From Myxococcota bacterium (GTDB lineage Bacteria; Myxococcota_A; UBA796; CAJQPC01): a stretch of DNA of 64,000 nucleotides. The DNA is taken from positions 1-64,000 of the forward strand of contig JAZAMN010000047.1 of NCBI GenBank assembly GCA_036229005.1, read 5' to 3'. Below, piece after piece: positions 1-8,452 of the stretch. The first letter of the stretch is position 1, and the number at the start of each line of letters is the position of its first letter. The notes under the pieces were generated by a model that was given only the letters and a program-made list of their open reading frames with translations, did no database searches and was not told the origin of the DNA. Made by a program: the position numbers and the translations under genes.

Positions 1-54
1 TGGAGGTGGCTGGGGGCGGACGAGGATGCGTCGTGGTGGTTCGCCGAGAGCGTG

Positions 55-361
55 TTGGGCTTTGCCGGCCGGCGCGCCCGCTCCTGGCGGGCAGGTCGCC
101 GCGCCGGCCGCGAAGCCGCGAGGCTCATGCCGGGGCTCCCACGGGGAGTCCCGCTTAGGGGGTGTGGGGGCCGGGGCCCCCACAGAACATCGGTAGTCCG
201 CTCCCTATTTGGATTTGCTGGCCGGCGTGCCCGCTCCTGGCGGGCAGCCCGCGCGCCGGCCGCAAATCCCGGCCGGGCCATGCCTGGCCCGAGCCCGGGG
301 GCTCCATTGGCGACCCCGCATAGGGGGTGTGGGGGCCGGGCCCCCACAGAACATCGGTAGT
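55..361. repeat. Two degenerate tandem ~150-bp hairpin-rich (REP/BIME-like) units
   Basis: 55-94 matches 209-247, and TAGGGGGTGTGGGGGCCGGG(G)CCCCCACAGAACATCGGTAGT occurs at 156-197 and 321-361. Internal hairpins TGTGGGGG/CCCCCACA and GCCCGC/GCGGGC. Confidence 0.8.
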
Positions 362-378
362 TCGCTTGCGAACTACCG
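355..378 (-). terminator. Perfect hairpin just after the RlmD-like stop; possible terminator
   Basis: CGGTAGTTCGC-TT-GCGAACTACCG, 11-bp stem; weak U tail. Confidence 0.5.
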
Positions 379-379
379 C

Positions 380-1306
380 CTACCGCTCCAGAACCGCCAT
401 CGCCTCAAAGTGCTCGGTGCCCGGGAACATCTCCAGGCCCCACAGCTCCGTGATGCGGTAGCCGGCCTTGCGGACCGGCCCCAGATCCCGCCCCAGCGTC
501 GCCGCGTTGCAGCTCACGTACAGGATGGCGCGGGGCCGCGTGATGATCAGCTTCTCCAGGAGCCCCGGGGCGCCGGCGCGGGGCGGATCCAGCAGGATGC
601 AGTCCGCAAAGACCTCGCCTGCGCCCAGCTTGCCGGCGTCTTGTTCGCGGATGGTGGCCTGGAGGTTGAGCCGCTTGAGCGTCGAGCGCGCATCCCGCGT
701 GCTGCTCCCGGAGCGCTCCACCAGAGTGGCCTGGGTCCCCTGGGCGACGCTGGGCAGCGAGAGGTTCCCGATCCCGGCGTAGAGGTCCAGCAGGTGCGCC
801 GGCGACAAGGCCTGGATGCGCTCGGTGACCGCGTCGACCAGAGCGCGGTTCACCTCCAGGTTGATCTGGTAGAAGCTGCCGGGGGACACGTGGTGCTCGA
901 TGCCGCCCGCGTGGATCCGCAGCCTGCAGTCGCCGCGCAGGGTCTTGCCATCCAGCGCCACGTCCGGCAGCGGCAAGGACTCGGCGACGGCCCGCTTGCC
1001 CCGGCGCTTGGGGGGGCTCTTGGCGTTGGCGATGACCTTCTCGCCGTCCGAGCGCAGCTCCACCCGGCCGATCCCGCGCAGGTCCAGCCCCGCCAACTTG
1101 GGCAGCCACTCGCGGATCTCCGGGCGGGCCAGGGGCTCGTCGTCGATCGCCCGGTGCTCGTGGCTGCGCGGGAGGAAGTAGCCCAGACGCCCATCGGGCC
1201 CGACGCTCAGGTCGATGCGCGCGCGGTAGCCGCTCTGTAGGGGGGAGGGGAGGACCCGGTCCACGGGATGCCCGGCCCGCCGCTCAAGCTCCTGGGCGAT
1301 GTCCAT
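380..1306 (-). CDS. RNA (uracil-5)-methyltransferase, RlmD/TrmA family, with no TRAM domain or Fe-S Cys motif
   Basis: Motifs SFYQIN, DLYAGIG, LLDPPRAG, YVSCN, EMFPGTEHFE. Confidence 0.9.
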   Translation of the reverse strand: MDIAQELERRAGHPVDRVLPSPLQSGYRARIDLSVGPDGRLGYFLPRSHEHRAIDDEPLARPEIREWLPKLAGLDLRGIGRVELRSDGEKVIANAKSPPKRRGKRAVAESLPLPDVALDGKTLRGDCRLRIHAGGIEHHVSPGSFYQINLEVNRALVDAVTERIQALSPAHLLDLYAGIGNLSLPSVAQGTQATLVERSGSSTRDARSTLKRLNLQATIREQDAGKLGAGEVFADCILLDPPRAGAPGLLEKLIITRPRAILYVSCNAATLGRDLGPVRKAGYRITELWGLEMFPGTEHFEAMAVLER

Positions 1307-1380
1307 GCCTTGCTCCTGTCATCCGCCAGCGAGGTCACCCTGCCCCTGCCGGGCGCGCGTGTGGCGGATAGACTCTCCTC

Positions 1381-1569
1381 ATGGCCCTGCGCGCCCGATT
1401 CCGCAAGCTGCGTCTGCTGCTCACCGACCCCGCCCGGTGGTCTGCGGAGAAGTACGCGGGCAGCTCGGCGATGTACCTGTCGGCGGTGATGCCGGGCACC
1501 TGGCGCCAGGATCTGGGCCCCCAGGCCAGCGCCGATCCCACCTTGGACCCCAAGCCCCCAAAGCGCTAA
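1381..1569 (+). CDS. Small hypothetical protein (62 aa), possibly leaderless
   Basis: GC3-rich codons; TAGACT -10-like box 6 nt before ATG; fills the gap before the PRC gene. Confidence 0.5.
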   Translation: MALRARFRKLRLLLTDPARWSAEKYAGSSAMYLSAVMPGTWRQDLGPQASADPTLDPKPPKR

Positions 1570-1588
1570 CGCTGTCGCGGGAGAGCGC

Positions 1589-2158
1589 GTGAACACCCTT
1601 CGCAAGTGTCAGGGACGCAGCGTCGTCAGCCTCAAGGAAGGCGCCAACGTCGGCCGGCTGGACGACTTCCAGTTCGATCTGGAGAGCCGCCGCATCTACG
1701 GCTACCGCATCAAGGAGTCCGGCGTGTTCGGCAAGGCCGGCGGCGTGCGCGCCGAGCTGCTGACCCGCATCGGCCGGGACGTGGGCTTCGTGGACAGCGA
1801 AGACTCGGTCTCCTGGTCCGGCGGGGGCCGCAACGCCGAAGAGGGCCGCGCCTGGGCCTCCCAGTACAAGGGCACCCGCGTCATGAGCCGCGGCGGCCGC
1901 ATGATGGGGCAGGTGCACGACCTGGTGTTCGACGAAGAAGAGGACCGCGTGCTGGCCATCTTCCTGGACGAGCGCCGCTGGATCCACCTGGAGGATGGCG
2001 ACGTCGCCACCGGCCCCGCCGCGGTCATCGTGGGCGCCCCCGACGCCCTGCAGGAGCTGCCCGAAGACCTGGCCGCCAAGGGCGATAGCTGGAGCTGGCT
2101 CAAGTCGGCGCTGGGCGGAAAGAAGGCCGAGGCCGAGCCCCCCGAGTCCGAAAACTGA
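1589..2158 (+). CDS. Tandem PRC-barrel domain protein
   Basis: Two PRC-like repeats (GRSVVSLKEGANVGRLDDFQFD; GTRVMSRGGRMMGQVHDLVFD). Confidence 0.85.
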   Translation: MNTLRKCQGRSVVSLKEGANVGRLDDFQFDLESRRIYGYRIKESGVFGKAGGVRAELLTRIGRDVGFVDSEDSVSWSGGGRNAEEGRAWASQYKGTRVMSRGGRMMGQVHDLVFDEEEDRVLAIFLDERRWIHLEDGDVATGPAAVIVGAPDALQELPEDLAAKGDSWSWLKSALGGKKAEAEPPESEN

Positions 2159-2217
2159 GTCGGCCCTGGCCCTGGTCGGCCTGACACCGGGGCTGGATGG
2201 CCCTGAGCGCTCCCGGC

Positions 2218-2991
2218 TCACAGCCCCCGCAGCACCTGCACCACCAGCCCGCTCCCCGCCAGCGCCAGCAGCACCCCGGTCAGGCGCGCGAACAGCGCCC
2301 GAGGCACCCGCTCCGAGAGCCAGGAGCCCAGCAGGTTCCCCGCCAGCGCGGCCGGCAGGATCCAGGGGATGCGCCGGAGCACCTGCAGGTCCGCGGTCCC
2401 ATGCCAGGCCAGCAGGCCCAGCATCGTGATGGCGCCCAGGAAGAAGGTCCCCACGAGCTGCGCCCGAAGGAAGCGATCCGTGAAGCTGCGCTTCATGAAC
2501 AGGATCAGAGGCGGCCCCGCGGCCCCGATGACGCCACCCATGAAGCCTCCGAACAGCCCGGCCAGCCCCCCCGCCATCAGCAGGCGCCGGTCTCCCACCG
2601 GACGCGCGTCCAGCGCGCCCAGCCCCGGCCGCACCGGCCGCAGGATCCACCCCACCCCCAGCGCCGCGATGACCCCCCCCGCCAGCACCTTGAGCACCGG
2701 CACCGGCAGGCTCACCAGCAGGGAGGTCCCGCCGGCCTGCCCAAGCAGCAGCGGAAAGAACAGCGCCAGCACCAGCCGCCAGTCGATGCGTTTGTGTAGC
2801 TGCAGGGTCATCCACGCGCCGGACAGCAGGTCCACGGACGCGCTCAGGAACACCGTCTCGTCGGGCGGATAGACCCAGTTGAGCAGCAGCACAGCGACCA
2901 GCGCCGAGCCAAAGCCGGAGATGCCCTTGACCACCTGGGCCAAGAAGACCGCGACGCTCGCGAAGAGCAGGATAGGCAGCGCATCAGGCAC
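2218..2991 (-). CDS. TSUP (TauE/SafE) family sulfite exporter
   Basis: VKGISGFGSALV and GFMGGVIGAAGPP motifs; multiple TM helices; start reassigned to GTG 2991. Confidence 0.85.
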   Translation of the reverse strand: MPDALPILLFASVAVFLAQVVKGISGFGSALVAVLLLNWVYPPDETVFLSASVDLLSGAWMTLQLHKRIDWRLVLALFFPLLLGQAGGTSLLVSLPVPVLKVLAGGVIAALGVGWILRPVRPGLGALDARPVGDRRLLMAGGLAGLFGGFMGGVIGAAGPPLILFMKRSFTDRFLRAQLVGTFFLGAITMLGLLAWHGTADLQVLRRIPWILPAALAGNLLGSWLSERVPRALFARLTGVLLALAGSGLVVQVLRGL

Positions 2992-3045
2992 GGCGTGGTC
3001 TATCCTGCGCCCTCTCTTTGGGAATGAGGAAAGAAAGGTCTGCCC

Positions 3046-4353
3046 GTGATTTTGTTGCCCACCCTCTTGGCCTGCAGCGCGCCCGCGCTCCTCGACACCT
3101 CCTCCGCAGTCGAGGACACCCGCAGCGACACCGCCCCCCAGGACACGGGCGCGCCCCAGGACACCGGTGACAGCGCGGCCCCCTGCACCCCGCAGCCCGC
3201 TGTCGAAGGCGCCTACGTCGACGCCTTCGCCGTCAACCGGGTCAGCGGCAGCCTCTCGGAGTGTGAGGGCGCCATCCACGCCGTGGCCGGCCCCAAGGGC
3301 GCCGAGATCGAGCTGTACCTGGCCGACTGGAGCAGCACCTCGCTGGCGGAATGGAACCTGAGGACGGTGGGTGGGGATCTGCTGGGAGAGGGTGAGCTCA
3401 TGTGGGGGGAGCGGGTCGAGATCCAGCTCCCCTGGACCGGGGAGTTCCTGGTGGAGCTGCGCCCGCTGGACGACAGCGCCAGCGACTACGGCCTGGAGGC
3501 GGAGTGCATCCGCAACTGCCAGGCCGCCTGGACGCGCTACCCGCTCTTCTTCATGCACGGCGTCGCGGGCACCGAGGCCTTCATCGGGGTCCTGGACTAC
3601 TGGTACGGCGTCGACGACGCGCTCTCCGACGCCGGCTACGTGGTGTGGATCAGCGACGTGGACCCCTACCAGCAGACCAGCGTCCGCGGGCAGCAGTGGG
3701 TGGACAACCTGGAGGGCTTCCTGGCCGACGGAAAGCACCGCCGGGTCAACCTGGTCGGCCACTCACAGGGGGGCGTCGACGCGCGGCATGTGACCTCGCA
3801 GCTCGACCCCCAGGCGCACGTCGCGAGCGTGACCACCATCGCATCGCCCCACCGGGGGACCCCCATCGCGGACATCGCGACCGGGGTGGTGGACAGCTCG
3901 CTGCTGACGCAGATCCTGGTGGATGGGGCCATCGACGCCCTGATGCTGTTCTACGGCAACAGCAACGACCAGGACGTCGCCAGCATGGTCGCCCAGATGA
4001 GCACCGAGGGCATGGCGCAGTTCAACGCCGAGAACCCGGACCGCGCCGACGTGATGTACCAGAGCTGGACGGGGGTCACCTGCGGCGAGCTGGACTTCGG
4101 CTGCCAGTCCAGCCACTCGGGCGAGGTCGTCACCCCGGTGTTCTCCGTCACCCGCACCATCCTTGATCTCCAGGGCATCGACAGCGACGGGCTCATCCCC
4201 GTGGACAGCGCCAAGTGGGGCACCTACCACGGCACCATCGACGCCGATCACATCGACCAGATCGGTCAGATCGCGGGCGCCACCGCGCCTGGCTTCGAGC
4301 ACCTGGACTTCTACGGGGAGATCGCAGCGAGTCTCGCTGAGCAGGGGTTCTGA
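3046..4353 (+). CDS. Lipoprotein triacylglycerol lipase (family I-like alpha/beta hydrolase)
   Basis: LLAC lipobox; TRYPLFFMHG, GHSQGG, SPHRGT, DGLIP, DHIDQI. Confidence 0.9.
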   Translation: MILLPTLLACSAPALLDTSSAVEDTRSDTAPQDTGAPQDTGDSAAPCTPQPAVEGAYVDAFAVNRVSGSLSECEGAIHAVAGPKGAEIELYLADWSSTSLAEWNLRTVGGDLLGEGELMWGERVEIQLPWTGEFLVELRPLDDSASDYGLEAECIRNCQAAWTRYPLFFMHGVAGTEAFIGVLDYWYGVDDALSDAGYVVWISDVDPYQQTSVRGQQWVDNLEGFLADGKHRRVNLVGHSQGGVDARHVTSQLDPQAHVASVTTIASPHRGTPIADIATGVVDSSLLTQILVDGAIDALMLFYGNSNDQDVASMVAQMSTEGMAQFNAENPDRADVMYQSWTGVTCGELDFGCQSSHSGEVVTPVFSVTRTILDLQGIDSDGLIPVDSAKWGTYHGTIDADHIDQIGQIAGATAPGFEHLDFYGEIAASLAEQGF

Positions 4354-4424
4354 GCCGTCGGCCTCGGGGCAGGCGTGGCCTGGTAGCAGTGCCTGCAGCG
4401 TGCCGGAGGTGCGCCTTTGGCGGA

Positions 4425-4776
4425 GCATCTCCCCCTGAACGCCCGCCGCTGGGAGGCATCCGGGGGTGAACGCACGCCGAGAGGGAGCATCCGGGGTTGA
4501 ACGCCCGGGCCCAATCCGAACAAGCCGCAGACTGGGACCAGATCTGAGTGGGCAGGAGTAGTCGGGCTTCAACTGTCCCAGCATGGGGTGAAGTCGGCGC
4601 CCTGAACGCGCCCGTGCGCCCAAATGCCCAGTCCAGCCGGGCGTTCAACCCGGGATGCCCGACCGGAGCGTGCGTTCAACCCCAGATGCCCAGCTCAAGG
4701 CGGCGTTCAACCCCAGATGCCCAGCCCAAGGCGGCGTTCAACCCCAGATGCCCAGCTCAGGCGGGCGTTCAACCCA
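4425..4776. repeat. Inverted pair of 31-bp tandem arrays (3 reverse + 5 forward units)
   Basis: GCATC..TGAACGC at 4425, 4456, 4487; GCGTTCAACCC at 4641, 4672, 4703, 4734, 4765. Confidence 0.9.
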
Positions 4777-4865
4777 GCCGGACCTCGGAGATGCAGGAGT
4801 CCCCGTCCCTCCGGAGCGGTCCTTGAGGCTGGAGAGGTGAGCCCACCAGCCCCAGGGCGCCGAGA

Positions 4866-6032
4866 TCAATACACCGGAAGGCTGGTGTCGATCTCCTTGG
4901 CCCAGTCCGTGATCCCGCCCTGCAGGTTGAACAGGCGCTTGGGGTCGAACCCGGCCTCGATCAGGCTCTCGATGGCGGTCGCGGAGCGCCCGCCCATCTT
5001 GCAGTGGACCAGGATGTCGCGGTCGCGGGGGAGCTCGTCGGCGATGGCCAGGATCTGCCCGTGGGGCTGCAGGCGATCGGCGAAGTCGAGCTTGGCGATC
5101 TCCGCCTCGGCCGGGCGACGCACGTCCAGCACGTAGGGGGTCCAGCCGTTGTCCAAGCGCTGCTTGGCTTCCTTCACGCCGATTCGTTGGAATGCACCCA
5201 CGTCTGCCTCTCCTTGGGTCTGGTGGTCGTTTGCGGGGACGCCGCAGAAGGCCTCGTAGTCGATCAGCTCGGTGATCTCGGGGGCGTCGGGATCCCGGCG
5301 CAGCTTGAGCTCGCGGAAGCGCATGTTCAGGGCGTCGTAGAGCATCAGGCGGCCGGACAGGCTGGTGCCCTTGCCCAGCAGGATCTTGATGGTCTCGGTG
5401 GCCTGGATGCAGCCGATGACGCCCGGCAGGATGCCCAGCACGCCGCCCTCAGCGCAGCTCGGGACCAGCCCGGGGGGCGGGGGCTCGGGGTACAGGTCCC
5501 GGTAGTTGGGCCCGTCCTGGTAGTTGAACACGCTGGCCTGGCCCTCGAACTTGAAGATCGAGCCGTACACGTTGGGCTTGCCCAGCAGCACGCAGGCGTC
5601 GTTGACCAGGTAGCGGGTCGGGAAGTTGTCGGTGCCGTCCACGACCACGTCGTAGGGCTCCAGGATGCGCAGGGCGTTGCCGGAGTTCAGCGGCTCCTCG
5701 TAGATGTCCACCTGTACGTTGGGGTTGATGTCCGCGATGCGGCGCGCGGCGGAGCGCACCTTGGGCTCGCCCACGCTGCTGGTGCCGTGGATGACCTGGC
5801 GCTGCAGGTTGGAGCTGTCCACCACGTCAAAGTCCACGATGCCGATGCGCCCGACGCCCGCGGCGGCCAGGTACATCAGCAGGGGGGAGCCCAGGCCGCC
5901 GGTGCCGATGCAGAGCACGCTTGCGCTCTTGAGCTTGCGCTGGCCCTCGACCCCGACCTCGTCCAGGATCAGGTGCCGGCTGTAGCGCTGGTACTCCTCG
6001 CCGGAGAGCTCCGGCAGGTCCTCGGCGCTCAC
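4866..6032 (-). CDS. moeB: MoeB/MoeZ E1-like adenylyltransferase with C-terminal rhodanese domain
   Basis: RYSRHLIL, IGTGGLG, DSSNLQRQ, DGTDNFPTRYLVND, VPSCAEGGVLG, rhodanese HCKMGGRS. Confidence 0.95.
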   Translation of the reverse strand: MSAEDLPELSGEEYQRYSRHLILDEVGVEGQRKLKSASVLCIGTGGLGSPLLMYLAAAGVGRIGIVDFDVVDSSNLQRQVIHGTSSVGEPKVRSAARRIADINPNVQVDIYEEPLNSGNALRILEPYDVVVDGTDNFPTRYLVNDACVLLGKPNVYGSIFKFEGQASVFNYQDGPNYRDLYPEPPPPGLVPSCAEGGVLGILPGVIGCIQATETIKILLGKGTSLSGRLMLYDALNMRFRELKLRRDPDAPEITELIDYEAFCGVPANDHQTQGEADVGAFQRIGVKEAKQRLDNGWTPYVLDVRRPAEAEIAKLDFADRLQPHGQILAIADELPRDRDILVHCKMGGRSATAIESLIEAGFDPKRLFNLQGGITDWAKEIDTSLPVY

Positions 6033-6730
6033 AGGGAACCGCCCGCGATGGAGGGCACGATGGTGAGCTCGGCGCCCTCGGTGACCGCCGTGTCCTCCTT
6101 GTCCAGGAAGCGGATGTCCTCGTCGCCCAGGTACACGTTCACGAAGCTGCGCAGCTTGCCGTCGTCGTTGCGCAGGTGCTTGAGCAGCTTGGGGTTCTGG
6201 TCGGTGAGCGCCTTGAGGGCCTCGCCCACGGTGTTCGCGCTGACGTCCACGGAGGGCTTGCCCTCGGTGTAGGCCCGCAGAGGAGTGGGGATGTGCACGG
6301 TGACGGTCATGGGGGCTCCCAGGATCTCGATGGGTTCAGGGTCCATGGCGCTGCGGTCTTCGCGCAGTCGCCAGGAGAGGATGTCCACCACCCGCCCACT
6401 GTGGACGGCGGCGATGAGGTAGCTCAGGTTGGGCAGCGCGTGGTCCCGGTCGTAGTCGGAGTAGCGCGCTGGGTGGTCGGGGTGGCTGTGGTAATAGCCA
6501 AGGATCTCAAGCCCTTGAGACTCGATCTCCCGCTCGGCCTTCATGAGCGTCAGGCCGCTGACCTTGTAGCGGTTGTGGGCGCTGTCCGCGCGCTCGTTGA
6601 TCAGCGCCTTGACCTTGCTCACGCGCCGGCCGTGCCCCGCCAGGATGCCCACCACCTCGTGGGGGTAGCCGGCCTCGACGTGGGCGTTCAGGGCGGCCGC
6701 CGGTGCGGCCTCGATCTCGAGGGTGTCCAT
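6029..6730 (-). CDS. Mec/M67 JAMM peptidase fused in frame to a CysO/MoaD ubiquitin-like sulfur carrier (internal ATG at 6310)
   Basis: YPHEVVG and YHSHPDHPARYSDYD, then MTVTVHIPTPLR...FVNVYL...IVPSIAGGSL with no stop between. Confidence 0.85.
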   Translation of the reverse strand: MDTLEIEAAPAAALNAHVEAGYPHEVVGILAGHGRRVSKVKALINERADSAHNRYKVSGLTLMKAEREIESQGLEILGYYHSHPDHPARYSDYDRDHALPNLSYLIAAVHSGRVVDILSWRLREDRSAMDPEPIEILGAPMTVTVHIPTPLRAYTEGKPSVDVSANTVGEALKALTDQNPKLLKHLRNDDGKLRSFVNVYLGDEDIRFLDKEDTAVTEGAELTIVPSIAGGSL

Positions 6731-6731
6731 C

Positions 6732-7685
6732 TCAGACCTCCCAGATGTGGTCTTCGCTGAGGTAGCGGGAGCCACCGTCGGCGAACAGGGTGACGATGAC
6801 GCCGGACTCGCCGCGCTCCTTGAGCTCCTTGGCGAGCTCCAGGGCCGCCCAGAGCGCCGCACCGCTGGAGACACCGGCCAGCAGCCCCTCCTCGCGCGCC
6901 AGGCGCCGGACCAGCTCGAACGCGGGCTCCGTGGGGGCGCCCATGGCCCGGTCCGCCAGGCCCTCGGGCTGGTAGATGGCGGGCACGATGGCGGTCTCCA
7001 TGTGCTTGAGCCCCTCCAGCCCGTGGAAGGGGGAGTCGGGCTCGACGGTCGCCGCGAACAGCGTGGGCTGCTGCTCCTTGAGAAAGCGCGCCGTCCCCAT
7101 GAAGGTCCCGCTCGTCCCCAGCGTGGTGACAAAGTGGGTGATGCGCCCCGCAGTTCCTCGCCAGATCTCGGGGCCCGTGGTCTTGTAGTGGGCCTGCCAG
7201 TTGGCGGGGTTGGAGTACTGATCTGCGTAGAAGTACCGGTCTGGCTCACCCTCCGAGAGCTCTCGGGCCTTCCGGATGGCCCCATCGGATCCTTCCAACG
7301 GCGAGGTCAACACGAGCTCGACGCCATAGGCCCGCAGGATGCGCTTGCGCTCGGCGTTTGCGTTCGCGGGCAGGCAGAGGGTCACCTTGTAGCCCCGGCT
7401 TGCGGCCAGCCACGCATACGCGATGCCGGTGTTCCCGGAGGAGGCGTCCAGCAGCGTCATGCCCGGCTTGAGCAGCCCCTGGTGCTCCGCGGTCTCCACG
7501 ATGCTCAGCGCCGCCCGGTCCTTGACGGAGCCGCCCGGGTTGAACCACTCCAGCTTGGCGTGGATCTCGATGTCGTCGGGGATCCCGAAGGCCGCGGGGA
7601 TGCGGCGCAGGCGTTGCAAGGGGGTGTCGCCCACGCGGGCGGACAGGGGCTCGCCCACGGGGCGAGATGCAGGGGGTGCAGACAT
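6732..7685 (-). CDS. cysM: PLP-dependent cysteine synthase, CysM type (sulfur-carrier dependent by context)
   Basis: VGDTPL, AKLEWFNPGGSVKDR, SSGNTG, GTSGT, GVSSGA; GGAG SD before ATG 7685. Confidence 0.9.
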   Translation of the reverse strand: MSAPPASRPVGEPLSARVGDTPLQRLRRIPAAFGIPDDIEIHAKLEWFNPGGSVKDRAALSIVETAEHQGLLKPGMTLLDASSGNTGIAYAWLAASRGYKVTLCLPANANAERKRILRAYGVELVLTSPLEGSDGAIRKARELSEGEPDRYFYADQYSNPANWQAHYKTTGPEIWRGTAGRITHFVTTLGTSGTFMGTARFLKEQQPTLFAATVEPDSPFHGLEGLKHMETAIVPAIYQPEGLADRAMGAPTEPAFELVRRLAREEGLLAGVSSGAALWAALELAKELKERGESGVIVTLFADGGSRYLSEDHIWEV

Positions 7686-7759
7686 GCACACTCCATTCAA
7701 TCAATGGGGCAGGGGGAGGGCGATGTGGGCGCTCCAGGCGCCGGCGGGGCTGCGTTCAG

Positions 7760-7864
7760 CTAGGCAGCGCCGCCCTCCATACAGAGACAGCAGAGACAGA
7801 GGCAGGCCTCGCTGCGGTCATCGCAGGCAAGGTGGCGCGGGCTCTGGCTCATGGGGTGCGTCAT
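7760..7864 (-). CDS. Cys-rich leader peptide MTHPMSQSPRHLACDDRSEACLCLCCLCMEGGAA; putative cysteine-sensing attenuator
   Basis: Hand-translated 34-aa ORF; 5 Cys in 8 codons; stop 74 nt upstream of the cysM start. Confidence 0.75.
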   Translation of the reverse strand: MTHPMSQSPRHLACDDRSEACLCLCCLCMEGGAA

Positions 7865-7872
7865 TCGTTTCG

Positions 7873-7901
7873 AGTATGCCGACAGCGGGGTGGGGTTGCA
7901 G
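7873..7901 (-). promoter_or_regulatory. Putative sigma70 promoter giving a (near-)leaderless transcript of the Cys leader
   Basis: CTGCAA-17 nt-CATACT, with the -10 box 8 nt before ATG 7864. Confidence 0.55.
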
Positions 7902-7909
7902 CCGACTGT

Positions 7910-8452
7910 CTACTTTTTGCTCACCGCTTCGATGGCGTCAAGGATGGCCTGCGGATCCGCCAGAGCGCCCACGCCCACATCGCCACAGGCCAGCCGCTTG
8001 CTGACGGGCTCGACGAAGCTGTAGCGCCCCAGATCCCGCAGCCAGCCCAGGTTCCGCTGCACCACGGGGGACAGGTACATCTCGGTGTTCATGGCGGGGG
8101 CGAGCACGCAGGGGGTGTGGCTGCGTAGGGCCATCATGACGGTGGAAAGCCCGTCATCGGCGATCCCGCAGGCCAGCTTGCCCAGGATGTTGGCCGTCGC
8201 GGGGGCCACGCAGGCCACGTCCGCCCACTTAGGCAGGTCGATGTGGTCGATGCCCGGGCTGCCCACGCCGGTGAAGGTGCCGGTCATCACGGGGCGGCCG
8301 CTCAGGGCCTCGAAGGTGATGGGCCCGACAAAGCGCGTGGCGCTCTCGGACATGACGACCTGCACTTCGTGCCCGGCCTTGCGCGCGCGGGAGACGAGAT
8401 CGCAGGCCTTGTAGGCGGCGACCCCGCCGCTGACACCCAGAAGCAGCTTCAC
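7910..8452 (-). CDS. coaC: Stand-alone phosphopantothenoylcysteine decarboxylase (HFCD flavoprotein)
   Basis: LLGVSGGVAAYK, HIDL, APATANILGK, PAMNTEMY, LACGDVGVG. Confidence 0.9.
   Translation of the reverse strand: MKLLLGVSGGVAAYKACDLVSRARKAGHEVQVVMSESATRFVGPITFEALSGRPVMTGTFTGVGSPGIDHIDLPKWADVACVAPATANILGKLACGIADDGLSTVMMALRSHTPCVLAPAMNTEMYLSPVVQRNLGWLRDLGRYSFVEPVSKRLACGDVGVGALADPQAILDAIEAVSKK

Noticed and set aside
4425..4776. CRISPR array interpretation of 31-bp array 1
   Set aside because: Units are contiguous with only ~13 variable, mutually similar bases; no unique spacers, arms are inverted, no cas genes.
4866..6730. E1/JAB/Ubl genes as an antiphage ubiquitin-like system (CBASS/Bil type)
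   Set aside because: No E2 or CD-NTase; the E1 has a rhodanese domain and the operon starts with cysteine synthase, which fits sulfur transfer.
6731..7285. N-terminal extension of ORF 6029..7285
   Set aside because: Overlaps cysM in another frame with shadow-like sequence; an SD-led ATG lies at 6730.
7686..7909. SAM riboswitch or T-box upstream of cysM
   Set aside because: No SAM-I core or T-box consensus seen; the space is taken by the Cys-rich sORF.
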